Below are positions 47,825 to 56,542 of a stretch of 64,000 bases of DNA, one piece after another. Made by a program: the position numbers and the translations under genes. Under the pieces are notes generated by a model that was given only the letters and a program-made list of their open reading frames with translations, was not told where the DNA came from and made no database searches. Numbering within the stretch: position 1 is the first letter of the stretch; every line of letters starts with the position of its first letter. The DNA is from an uncultured Pseudomonadales bacterium (GTDB taxonomy: Bacteria; Patescibacteriota; Microgenomatia; UBA1400; CAYXSR01): positions 65,070 through 129,069 of the forward strand of contig CAYSEI010000003.1 of NCBI GenBank assembly GCA_964430265.1. The letters are read 5' to 3'.

Positions 47825-48166
47825 GTGACTAACAAAGTAAAAAAAGTTTGTAAATACACGATATTGTTTTCTATCAAAGAATCTTATCTTTTTGTGCGCA
47901 ATTTACTGGGTTTATGGACACATCCGTATAAAACACTGCGTTTAATTAAAAAAGAAAAAGATTATAGTCAGGCAATTCTTGTATTAGGATTCCCTTTTTA
48001 CATTATTTTCTTTGGCACCTTTTTTATATTCTTTTCTCGGATACTGATTGGTGCTCCCTCTGATTGGGGAAGATTAGCGCAAGCAAGTTTTTATTCATTG
48101 TTTTTTATTTCTTTTATGGTTTTTATATACATTACTTATTGGGGAATGAAGGTTAGAAAGGATTAA
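47825..48166 (+). CDS. Small membrane protein (possible anti-sigma factor partner)
   Basis: 113 aa with 2-3 TM helices immediately downstream of the ECF sigma gene; function from context only. Confidence 0.3.
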   Translation: MTNKVKKVCKYTILFSIKESYLFVRNLLGLWTHPYKTLRLIKKEKDYSQAILVLGFPFYIIFFGTFFIFFSRILIGAPSDWGRLAQASFYSLFFISFMVFIYITYWGMKVRKD

Positions 48167-48167
48167 A

Positions 48168-48464
48168 ATGGGAAAATATGAACGATATCGTAGTGAACGA
48201 TTATTTAGGGCAAGTTTTTCCCGGGATGGATTTGAAAATGGTTTAGGATTAGCTCATAGAACAGGATTACAGAAAGAGATGATTACCATTCCCAAAAGTG
48301 TTTGGGGGATACAAAGGTCTTCGCCTACTGAAAGTTTAGGCGAGGAGAAAATAATTGAAATGAGAGAAGATGTTGAAGCAATGTTAAAGCTAAGAAGCAA
48401 TGGCCATAATTTGGATGGACTTTATACTATTAAAGATTTTGAAGAAGTAGGAATATTGGAATGA
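48168..48464 (+). CDS. Hypothetical protein (98 aa)
   Basis: ORF translationally coupled with idi (overlap ATGA at 48461); no family recognised. Confidence 0.4.
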   Translation: MGKYERYRSERLFRASFSRDGFENGLGLAHRTGLQKEMITIPKSVWGIQRSSPTESLGEEKIIEMREDVEAMLKLRSNGHNLDGLYTIKDFEEVGILE

Positions 48465-48970
48465 AAGTTGTTGTAGTTAATAAAAATGACAAAGAAATAA
48501 GTTTTTTGGGCAAAATAAAAGCACACAAAAAAGGAAAACTACACCGCGCATTTTCTATTTTTGTGTTTAATGATCAAGGTGAATTATTAATTCAAAAACG
48601 TTCCAAACACAAATTGTTGTGGCCGGAATTTTGGTCAAATACTGTATGTTCACATCCTTTACCAAAAGAAGAAACTATTGATGCCGCACAAAGAAGGCTA
48701 AAGGAAGAATTTGGTTTTTCAACAGAATTAGGGCTGGAGTATAGATTTCAGTATTATGCTGAATATGGTGATGTGGGAATAGAACATGAGCTTTGCCATG
48801 TTCTTATCGGGAATTACAATGGTAAAGTAAAGCCGGACAAAAAAGAAATTGCTGATTATAAATGGATAAATATTAACAAATTAAAACAACAGATTAAAAG
48901 AAGTCCGGATAAGTTTACTCCTTGGTTTAAAAAGGAGTTTAAAGAATTAGTAAAAAGGGGAATAATTTAA
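48461..48970 (+). CDS. idi: Isopentenyl-diphosphate delta-isomerase, type 1 (Nudix)
   Basis: HRAFSIFVFNDQGELLIQKRSKHKLLWPEFWSNTVCSHP and Nudix-box-like ETIDAAQRRLKEEFG. Confidence 0.85.
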   Translation: MKVVVVNKNDKEISFLGKIKAHKKGKLHRAFSIFVFNDQGELLIQKRSKHKLLWPEFWSNTVCSHPLPKEETIDAAQRRLKEEFGFSTELGLEYRFQYYAEYGDVGIEHELCHVLIGNYNGKVKPDKKEIADYKWININKLKQQIKRSPDKFTPWFKKEFKELVKRGII

Positions 48971-49929
48971 TGGTTAAAGTTTCTGCGCCTGGGAAAATCC
49001 ATTTATCCGGTGAACACAGTGTCGTTTACAAAGAGCCAGCTCTTTTATCAACTCTTAATAAGAGACTGTATATAGAGATACAAGAAAAGGAAAATCAAGG
49101 ATTTATAATTGAAGATTTAGAACAAAAGCTAGAAGAAAAAATTAATTTTCCAGAATTAAAGGAATTTTCAAAAAAAACAGTAGAAGTTTGGAAGAATAAT
49201 GATAGATTAGGATTAGTGAAGGCTAGTATTGTGGAGTTTTTTAAATATTTAAACCAAGAGCCGAAAAAGGGGTTTCAGGTAAAAATTAAATCACAAATTC
49301 CTATTGGAGTAGGATTGGGTTCTTCAGCTGCATTGTCAGTCTCTTTAGCAGGAGCATTTTTAAAATATTATAAAAAATGGTCATTGAGTGAAATAAACAA
49401 GGTAGCCTATTTAATTGAAAAAAGGCAGCATAAAAGTCCTAGTGGTGGTGACAATACTGTATCGACGTATGGTGGATATATTTACTATGTTAAAAATGAA
49501 GAGATACAAAAATTTAATGGAAAGACATTAAAAGATTTTTATATTATAAACTCAGGAAGACCATTGGAATCAACAGGAGAAATGGTGGATTTGGTAAGTA
49601 ACAATTTAAATAAAAAAACTATAAAAAAAATGGGGGAAACTACAGTTGCTTTAAAAAATGCAATTGAGAAAAAAGAATATCAAGAAATAAAAAAGCTAAT
49701 TAAGAGAAATGAAAGATTGTTAGAAGAAATTGGAGTTGTGGGAGAAAGAGCGAAAAGAATAATTAGAGAGATTGAGAAAAATAGAGGTTCTGCTAAAATA
49801 TGCGGAGCTGGAGCGGTAAAGCAAGGATCAGGTATAATATTAGCCTATAAGCCGGATATTGATAGTTTAAATGTGGAATTTGAAAAACTAAAATTAGGGG
49901 TGGAAGGAGTCAGAATTGAAAAAAGTTAA
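48970..49929 (+). CDS. GHMP kinase, mevalonate kinase
   Basis: N-terminal APGKIHLSGEHSVVY; ATP-binding PIGVGLGSSAALSVS; 319 aa. Confidence 0.65.
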   Translation: MVKVSAPGKIHLSGEHSVVYKEPALLSTLNKRLYIEIQEKENQGFIIEDLEQKLEEKINFPELKEFSKKTVEVWKNNDRLGLVKASIVEFFKYLNQEPKKGFQVKIKSQIPIGVGLGSSAALSVSLAGAFLKYYKKWSLSEINKVAYLIEKRQHKSPSGGDNTVSTYGGYIYYVKNEEIQKFNGKTLKDFYIINSGRPLESTGEMVDLVSNNLNKKTIKKMGETTVALKNAIEKKEYQEIKKLIKRNERLLEEIGVVGERAKRIIREIEKNRGSAKICGAGAVKQGSGIILAYKPDIDSLNVEFEKLKLGVEGVRIEKS

Positions 49930-50890
49930 ATGCTCTGCACCAGGTAAATTAATGCTTTTTGGTGAACATGCAGTTGTACACGGAAAGCCTTGCATTGTAA
50001 CTGCGGTTGACCAAAGGATTCATGTAGAGGCAGAAGAGAATGGAAAAGATGAATTGGTTGTAAATGCTCCCCAGTTAGGGATTAAAAACTATCATAAAAC
50101 AGTAAAAGAGCTTTGTAACCAGGAAATGCCTAAACAGGTCAGTTTTATTGAAGCTTTGGTAAAGCGGTTTTATGAAAAATATGGACTTGAAAAAGGTTTA
50201 AATATTACTACCAATTCAGAGTTTTCCCATACATACGGTTTTGGGTCTTCATCAGGAGTAACAATTGCTACTACAAAAGCTTTGTCACTTTTATATGATA
50301 TTCAGCTGTCGGAAAAAGAGATCTTTGACCTTGGGTATCAAGCGGTTCTTGATATCCAAAAAGTCGGCAGCGGATTTGACTTGGCTGCAGCTTTATGGGG
50401 GAAGATTATTTATTACAAAAAAGGTGCAGAAATAGTAGAAAGACTAAGTGTGCATAATCTCCCCCTTGTTGTTTGTTATTCAGGAATTAAAGCAGATACA
50501 CCTACGCTTGTAGAGCAAGTTAATGAATTTAAAAGAAAAAAACCTAAAAAAGTTGCAAACATTTTTAAACAAATGCAGGAAATTGTAGATCTAGCAAAAA
50601 AACTTATACCCCAGAATAAATGGGAGGAGTTAGGTAAACTAATGAATCAAAACCAGGAATTATTGGAAGAATTAGGTGTTTCAACCTACAGATTGGAAAA
50701 CTTGATTAGTGCGGCAAGAGATGCGGATGCATTGGGTGCTAAATTGTCTGGAGCTGGAGGGGGAGATTGTATTATTGCCTTGGTTGAGGAAAATAAAAAG
50801 ATAAAAGTTAAAAAGGAACTGGAAAATGCAGGCGGACAAATAATGGATGTTAAATTAAATTCCAAGGGGGTTAAATGTCAGGAAATATGA
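49916..50890 (+). CDS. GHMP kinase, probable phosphomevalonate kinase
   Basis: APGKLMLFGEHAVVHG; GFGSSSGVTIA; second GHMP kinase, placed between mvk and mvaD. Confidence 0.5.
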   Translation: MKKVKCSAPGKLMLFGEHAVVHGKPCIVTAVDQRIHVEAEENGKDELVVNAPQLGIKNYHKTVKELCNQEMPKQVSFIEALVKRFYEKYGLEKGLNITTNSEFSHTYGFGSSSGVTIATTKALSLLYDIQLSEKEIFDLGYQAVLDIQKVGSGFDLAAALWGKIIYYKKGAEIVERLSVHNLPLVVCYSGIKADTPTLVEQVNEFKRKKPKKVANIFKQMQEIVDLAKKLIPQNKWEELGKLMNQNQELLEELGVSTYRLENLISAARDADALGAKLSGAGGGDCIIALVEENKKIKVKKELENAGGQIMDVKLNSKGVKCQEI

Positions 50891-51870
50891 AAGCCAGCTG
50901 CAAGTCTCCGGCAAACATTGCTTTTATAAAATATTGGGGAAAGACTGATCCTGAAACACGTGTGCCGCAGAACAATTCCATTTCAATGTGTTTGTCTAAT
51001 CTTTACAGTATATGTACTGTAAAATTTGATGAAAAATATGCTGAAGACGAAGTCCAATTTTTAAATGAAAAAGTAGTTAAGGATAGGGAAATTAAAAGAA
51101 TAATTGAAACTTTGGATCGGGTGAGGAATAAAGCAGGGATAAGTTATAAAGCAAAAGTAGTAACTAAAAACAACTTTCCCAAAGCAACTGGGATTGCTTC
51201 TTCAGCTTCCGGACTGTCTTCTTTAACTGTGGCTGCGGCAAAAGCAGCTGGATTAGATTTGAATAAAAAAGAGATGTCGAAGCTGGCAAGACTGGCTTCA
51301 GGTACTGCTTGTAGGTCAATACCGGATGGTTTTGTGGAATGGGAAAAAGGAACGTGTAAAAAAGACTCATATGCAAAACAAATATATCCCACCGATTACT
51401 GGGATATAGTGGATATTGTAGCTATTGTGACTAAGAAAATGAAAAAAATTTCCTCAACCAATGGCCACAGTATGGCGGATACCAGCCCTTTTCAAGAAAC
51501 AAGAATTAAAAATATGCCAGAAAAAATTAAAAGATTTAAAAAAACACTTGAAAAAAAGGATTTTTATGAATTTGGCAATATTTTGGAAAAAGAAAGTTTA
51601 AATATGCATGCAATCTGTTTAACCAGTAAGCCGCCGATCCTTTATTGGGAAGCAACAACCATGACAATAATGCGTAAAGTTCGGGAGTGGCGTTCAAAGG
51701 GTTTGCCTGTGTATTTTACAATTGATGCTGGTCCAAGTGTGCACATAATTTGTAAAGGTAAAAGTGCGGAAATTGTGCAGGAAAAGCTGAAAAAAATAAA
51801 AGGGATTGACAGGATTTCTCTTAACAGGTCTGCAAAAGGGGCAAAAATAATAAAAAAACATTTGTTTTAA
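50875..51870 (+). CDS. mvaD: Diphosphomevalonate decarboxylase
   Basis: SPANIAFIKYWGK N-terminal signature and GHMP-like ATP loop (…TGIASSASGLSSL…). Confidence 0.85.
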   Translation: MSGNMKASCKSPANIAFIKYWGKTDPETRVPQNNSISMCLSNLYSICTVKFDEKYAEDEVQFLNEKVVKDREIKRIIETLDRVRNKAGISYKAKVVTKNNFPKATGIASSASGLSSLTVAAAKAAGLDLNKKEMSKLARLASGTACRSIPDGFVEWEKGTCKKDSYAKQIYPTDYWDIVDIVAIVTKKMKKISSTNGHSMADTSPFQETRIKNMPEKIKRFKKTLEKKDFYEFGNILEKESLNMHAICLTSKPPILYWEATTMTIMRKVREWRSKGLPVYFTIDAGPSVHIICKGKSAEIVQEKLKKIKGIDRISLNRSAKGAKIIKKHLF

Positions 51871-51885
51871 GGAGTTGCGGTAATA

Positions 51886-52584
51886 ATGCAGAAATTATGC
51901 GGTAATAAACTACCTAAACACGTTGCTTTTATAGTTGATGGCAACCGTCGCTGGGCAAAAAAGAATAATCTTTCAAGTATGGCTGGACATCGTCATGCAA
52001 TGTACAATGTTTTGGATCCAATTGCTTTTCATTGCATAAAGTTAGGTATTCCATATTTAACTTACTGGGTTTTTTCCACGGAAAATTGGAAAAGAGGCAA
52101 AAGGTTTTACAATGCGCTTTTTAAGCTTTTGGAAGAAGGGTTAAACAAGGGTTTTGAAAAATATGACAAGGCAGGCATCCGTTTAAATACTATTGGCAAC
52201 TTAAGTGAAATCCCTTCCCATTTGGCAAAGAAAATAAAGGAGTGGGAGGAATTAAGTAAAAATAACAAAAATTTAACAGTTACTATTGCTTTAAATTACG
52301 GTGGTAGAGAGGAAATAGTTCGAGCAGTAAACAAATACAACGAGCAGGAAAAAAGAAAATTAAATGAAGAAAAATTCCCTCAGTATTTAGATACCGCAGA
52401 CTTGCCGGATCCGGATTTAATTATTCGTACTGGAGGAGAAAAAAGACTTTCCGGCTTTTTATTATGGCAGTGCCAGTACTCGGAGCTTTATTTTACTGAC
52501 ACATTAATGCCGGATTTCAGTATAGAAAAATTTGAAAAAGCTTTAAAAGATTTTTGTCAAAGGCAGAGGCGCTTTGGAAAATAA
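51886..52584 (+). CDS. uppS: Undecaprenyl-diphosphate synthase (cis-prenyltransferase)
   Basis: HVAFIVDGNRRWAKK, …YWVFSTENWKR…, and C-terminal RFG. Confidence 0.85.
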   Translation: MQKLCGNKLPKHVAFIVDGNRRWAKKNNLSSMAGHRHAMYNVLDPIAFHCIKLGIPYLTYWVFSTENWKRGKRFYNALFKLLEEGLNKGFEKYDKAGIRLNTIGNLSEIPSHLAKKIKEWEELSKNNKNLTVTIALNYGGREEIVRAVNKYNEQEKRKLNEEKFPQYLDTADLPDPDLIIRTGGEKRLSGFLLWQCQYSELYFTDTLMPDFSIEKFEKALKDFCQRQRRFGK

Positions 52585-52902
52585 TTAGATACCTAGCATG
52601 GCTTTAACAATTTGGTAGATCCAAAAAGAAAGAAAAACAACTCCAAAACCAATAGCTCCATTTGTCAAGCTTTTTTTAGCATTAGCCATTGTTTCTTCAT
52701 TACCAGCAGAAGTCATTAATTGAAAGCCACTGCCTAAAATGATAAAAAGAAGAATTAAGCCAGCGATTACAAAAACATAGTCTAAAGCAGAAGTAATAAC
52801 TGTTCCTAAAGTTGCATCTGGACCACTAAATTTAAAACCGCTTGGATCATTTACGTGTCCTGAGCCGGTTAGTCCTGGCAAAGACAGCCATAATAACATC
52901 AT
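52585..52902 (-). CDS. VirB2/TrbC-like pilin paralog
   Basis: LGSGFQLMTSAGNEETMANAKKSLTNGAIGFGVVFLSF core matching the 43.6-46.2 kb array. Confidence 0.45.
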   Translation of the reverse strand: MMLLWLSLPGLTGSGHVNDPSGFKFSGPDATLGTVITSALDYVFVIAGLILLFIILGSGFQLMTSAGNEETMANAKKSLTNGAIGFGVVFLSFWIYQIVKAMLGI

Positions 52903-52903
52903 T

Positions 52904-53755
52904 TTATAACCCCCATCCTGGTATTTTTAATATTCTGTACCCGATTAATTCTAGTATAAAAACAGAGAAGATAATAAACAAAAGGCCGGCACCAGCAGAA
53001 ACTAAAATGTTTTTACCTTCTTGTAATTTTTCCGGATCCCCGGAGCTAGTCATTACTTGGAAAGCTCCCCAAATCATAATTAAAAAAGCTATACCGCCGC
53101 CAATTGAGATTGCTTTGTTTAAAAACCAGCGGATAAAAATTGTGGATTGGGTGGGAACACATCCAAGAACAGTTTCAATACCTTCAAAATAGTCATTAGG
53201 ATTACTTCCTACAGGAATTCTGCAATCATTAGGTTCATAAAAAGTTTTTGTGTTGTCATTGGTATTAGAGGGATCTTGACACCTAAATACTCCTGCTTGA
53301 ATTTCTGTACATACTTGAGATCCAGGGCATGTACATACACCTCCGCCGCAGTTGTCATTAGGGCCACATTCGTCAGTTGCGCTTTCCTCACATGTTCCAA
53401 TGAAATATCCGGAAGCTGTGCATGTATTAGGACAGTTTCCTGGAAAATGAGAACCATCACATTTATCATCGTAATATTCACAAAAACTACCTTGTTGAGT
53501 ACAGATATATTCGTTGGTGGAAAAATCAACAAGTTGGCATTCGCGAGGATCTATTGTGCACTCAGTTATATCTAATCCAGAACAGTCACCAGGAATAAAT
53601 CCGCTTTCGCAGTTATTGCTACCGGATAACTCACATTGTCCGGGTGGTTGCCATACACATTGATATGTCCCTTGTGAATAGACACCCCTTGTAAAAAATA
53701 AAAAAAAGTTACAGAACAAAAAAAGGTTTAATATTAATTTTAATTTTTTCTTCAT
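52904..53755 (-). CDS. Cysteine-rich extracellular domain fused to a C-terminal VirB2/TrbC-like pilin module
   Basis: Signal peptide; ~170-aa domain with ~30 Cys (…CVWQPPGQCELSGSNNCESGF…CTCPGSQVCTE…); C-terminal …WGAFQVMTSSGDPEKLQEGKNILVSAGAGLLFIIFSVF… pilin core. Confidence 0.5.
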   Translation of the reverse strand: MKKKLKLILNLFLFCNFFLFFTRGVYSQGTYQCVWQPPGQCELSGSNNCESGFIPGDCSGLDITECTIDPRECQLVDFSTNEYICTQQGSFCEYYDDKCDGSHFPGNCPNTCTASGYFIGTCEESATDECGPNDNCGGGVCTCPGSQVCTEIQAGVFRCQDPSNTNDNTKTFYEPNDCRIPVGSNPNDYFEGIETVLGCVPTQSTIFIRWFLNKAISIGGGIAFLIMIWGAFQVMTSSGDPEKLQEGKNILVSAGAGLLFIIFSVFILELIGYRILKIPGWGL

Positions 53756-53801
53756 TAGTTCAATATTTTATCAAAAAAAATTTAAAATAGTAAATGATAT
53801 A

Positions 53802-55517
53802 ATGGTGAGGATGAAAAAACTGCTCAAATTTTCTATTTCTATTTTTGTGGTTTTAAGCGTATTTTCTGCTGCTGTTTTACCGGCCAAAGGATATGATGAA
53901 ATTGAAAAGCTGCAAAAAGAGATTGAAGAACTGGAAAAAGCAAAAAAAATGAGTGAAGAGGCAACTGAGCCTTTGGAAGCAGAGCTTGTGAGATTACAGC
54001 AAAAACTACAAAATATCCAAGCGGGAATTGCACAAGCGGAAAATGATTTGAATAAGTTGGAGCAGAGTATAAATACACGGGAAAAAGAGTTTGAGGATCA
54101 GTATGTTATTTTAGCTGAAAGAGCTTCACGATATTATAAGTCTTTACGTATGCCGTCACGGATGATGTTTTTATTGTCTTCGGAAACAGCTTCTTCTTTA
54201 ACCAAGAATATTGCTTACAAAAACGCAGTCACCCAGGAGGATAAAAAAATTATTTCACAAATCAGCAAAGATCTTTTAAAGCTGGAAGAAGATAAGCTTA
54301 AGCTTGAGCAGCAAACAAAGCAACTGGCTTCTTTAAAAGCAAAAACTGATAATCAAGCAGCATTTTTTCAAAAAGAAATTGCTGGTGCAAAAGATTATCA
54401 AGAAGATTTAAGTCAAAAAATAGAGGAGCTTACCGAAAAACAAAAGGAAATTTTGGCAGCCAGATCAGGAACTTTTACTACGAGTGTAGGTAATGTGCCT
54501 GACAGCAGTATTCCTTGTTCTGGTCCTCCAGGAACTCCATCATATTGTGATCCGGGCGGTGGAACCTGGTTTGCTGCTTTTTCTTTTGGCGCTTGGACTC
54601 ACAGAAAAGGAATGAGTCAGTACGGAGCCAAAGCAAGGGCGGAATCTGGCCAGAATTACAAAGATATATTAAAAGCTTATTATGGAAAAGAGCCGGTAAG
54701 CAAAGATACAGGTGGAAATATTTCCGTACAGGGATTTGGGGACTTGAATTTTGAAGATTACTATTTAATGGGAATTGCAGAAATGCCTTCAAGTTGGCCG
54801 GAAGATGCTTTAAAAGCACAAGCAATAGCAGCCAGAACATATGCTTACCGCTATAAAAAGGAAGGCAGTGCAATTTGTACCACCCAAAGTTGCCAGGTGT
54901 TTAATAATGGCAAAGCTGCCAGCCCGCCGGAAAAATGGAAAAAGGCAGTCCAGGATACAAAAGGACAAATAATAGAGGATGTAACCACTTTTTATTCTTC
55001 TACTTCGGGAGGATATTTAACCACACATACTGGCTGGGATACCAAGTGTGGGAGCAAAGATTGCTGGCCGGATGATGCCTGGGAAGTTGAAGCAAATTCT
55101 CCCTGGTTTTATAGTGCCTGGTACACTGATACGTATAATCCAAATTCTGCTAAATGCGGCAGAGGTAATCCTTGGCTGAACTCAGAAGAAATGGCAGATA
55201 TTTTAAATGCTTGGAAAGTTTTGCAAAAAGAGAATGATGAAAGAATCTTGCCGGTGACAATTAATGAATGTCCGATTGGCGGTAACACTGGGAATCCGTA
55301 TTCAATGGAAGAGTTGCGCAGTAAAGGAGGCGGTTATTCCAGTATTTCTTCTGTAAGTGTAAGTTACAGTAATGGTGGAGAAACAGGTTCAATCTCATTT
55401 CAGACAGATAAAGGATCAGTAACAGTTTCTGGTTCAGAATTTAAAAAGGCGTTTAATTTACGTGCACCCGGATATATTGCAATCCGCAGTCCCTTGTTTA
55501 ATATTGAGAAAAAATGA
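53802..55517 (+). CDS. SpoIID/LytB-domain protein with N-terminal coiled coil (peptidoglycan remodelling)
   Basis: Signal/anchor, ~200-aa coiled coil; SpoIID/LytB signature …WTHRKGMSQYGAKARAESGQNYKDILKAYYGK…. Confidence 0.5.
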   Translation: MVRMKKLLKFSISIFVVLSVFSAAVLPAKGYDEIEKLQKEIEELEKAKKMSEEATEPLEAELVRLQQKLQNIQAGIAQAENDLNKLEQSINTREKEFEDQYVILAERASRYYKSLRMPSRMMFLLSSETASSLTKNIAYKNAVTQEDKKIISQISKDLLKLEEDKLKLEQQTKQLASLKAKTDNQAAFFQKEIAGAKDYQEDLSQKIEELTEKQKEILAARSGTFTTSVGNVPDSSIPCSGPPGTPSYCDPGGGTWFAAFSFGAWTHRKGMSQYGAKARAESGQNYKDILKAYYGKEPVSKDTGGNISVQGFGDLNFEDYYLMGIAEMPSSWPEDALKAQAIAARTYAYRYKKEGSAICTTQSCQVFNNGKAASPPEKWKKAVQDTKGQIIEDVTTFYSSTSGGYLTTHTGWDTKCGSKDCWPDDAWEVEANSPWFYSAWYTDTYNPNSAKCGRGNPWLNSEEMADILNAWKVLQKENDERILPVTINECPIGGNTGNPYSMEELRSKGGGYSSISSVSVSYSNGGETGSISFQTDKGSVTVSGSEFKKAFNLRAPGYIAIRSPLFNIEKK

Positions 55518-55532
55518 TAAAATAAGGCTCAA

Positions 55533-56312
55533 ATGCCGGATATTTACGTTGCCTCTGAAGAAAAAAACAAAGAAAATAAGAATGAAACTGTTCAGAAAGA
55601 GGATAATCAAGTGGTTTCCAAAGAAAAAGAAGATAAAAAAAACAAAAAAGAAAATCAGAAAAACGATCATACAAAGACAAGTATAAAAAGGGAAGCAAAA
55701 GAGATTAAAAAAAAGGTTAAACAAGTTATTGAAGAAGTTGGAGAGAAAAAAACACATGAAGGATTGACTGCTTTTGCTGTCTGGCCGGATAAAGTTCGTT
55801 TTGAAACCCAGGAAAGCAAGGAAGAAATAATCCTTTTATTAAGGCGGCACATAATAACTAACGTTGCCTGGATTTTAACAGCTGTTTTTATGTTTTTTGT
55901 ACCGTTTTTTTTACGCTTTATACCGGTTCTTGATTTTCTGCCTTTTAGGTTTCAATTTATTATTGTCTTAATGTGGTATTTGATTATTCTAGCTTTTATT
56001 TTTGAAAAGTTTCTTTCCTGGTATTTTAATGTTTTTATTGTTACTGATGAAAGAATAATTGATGTAGATTTTCTCAGTTTGGTTTACAAGGAAATTACCG
56101 AAAGCAAAATCGATAGAATTCAGGATGTAACTTTAACAATGGGAGGAATTTGCTGTTCAATATTTAATTACGGAACTGTGTATATTCAAACAGCAGGGGA
56201 CGTACCAAAAATTGAATTTGAACAAGTGCCTAAGCCGCAAAAAGTTGTAAAAATTCTAAATCAACTGCAGATTCAAGAAGAACAGGAACAAATTGAAGGA
56301 AGGGTAAGATAA
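55533..56312 (+). CDS. Membrane protein with K/E-rich N-terminus and bacterial PH (YdbS/YdbT-like) domain
   Basis: Two TM helices followed by …FIVTDERIIDVDFLSLVYKEITESKIDRIQDVTL…GTVYIQTAGDVPKIEFEQVPKPQKV, typical of bPH_2. Confidence 0.45.
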   Translation: MPDIYVASEEKNKENKNETVQKEDNQVVSKEKEDKKNKKENQKNDHTKTSIKREAKEIKKKVKQVIEEVGEKKTHEGLTAFAVWPDKVRFETQESKEEIILLLRRHIITNVAWILTAVFMFFVPFFLRFIPVLDFLPFRFQFIIVLMWYLIILAFIFEKFLSWYFNVFIVTDERIIDVDFLSLVYKEITESKIDRIQDVTLTMGGICCSIFNYGTVYIQTAGDVPKIEFEQVPKPQKVVKILNQLQIQEEQEQIEGRVR

Positions 56313-56542
56313 TGGAAGATTTTTTATATGAAGCAATCGGAATCTCAATTTGGTCTGTGGCAAAGTTTGCTGTAGTTTTTGCGTTGTTTGTTTATGTTCT
56401 TTTTGCAGTGATAGTGGTACGTCAAGTTAAACTGATGGGAAAGACATTAAACGGTAATTTAAACCTGCCGTTGAAGGTTATTTCTTGGATCCATTTATTA
56501 TTGGCACTTTTGGTGGTGTTTTTGGCTTTTGTAATTTTATGA
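56312..56542 (+). CDS. Small two-TM membrane protein (76 aa)
   Basis: ATGA-coupled to flanking genes; hydrophobic. Confidence 0.4.
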   Translation: MEDFLYEAIGISIWSVAKFAVVFALFVYVLFAVIVVRQVKLMGKTLNGNLNLPLKVISWIHLLLALLVVFLAFVIL

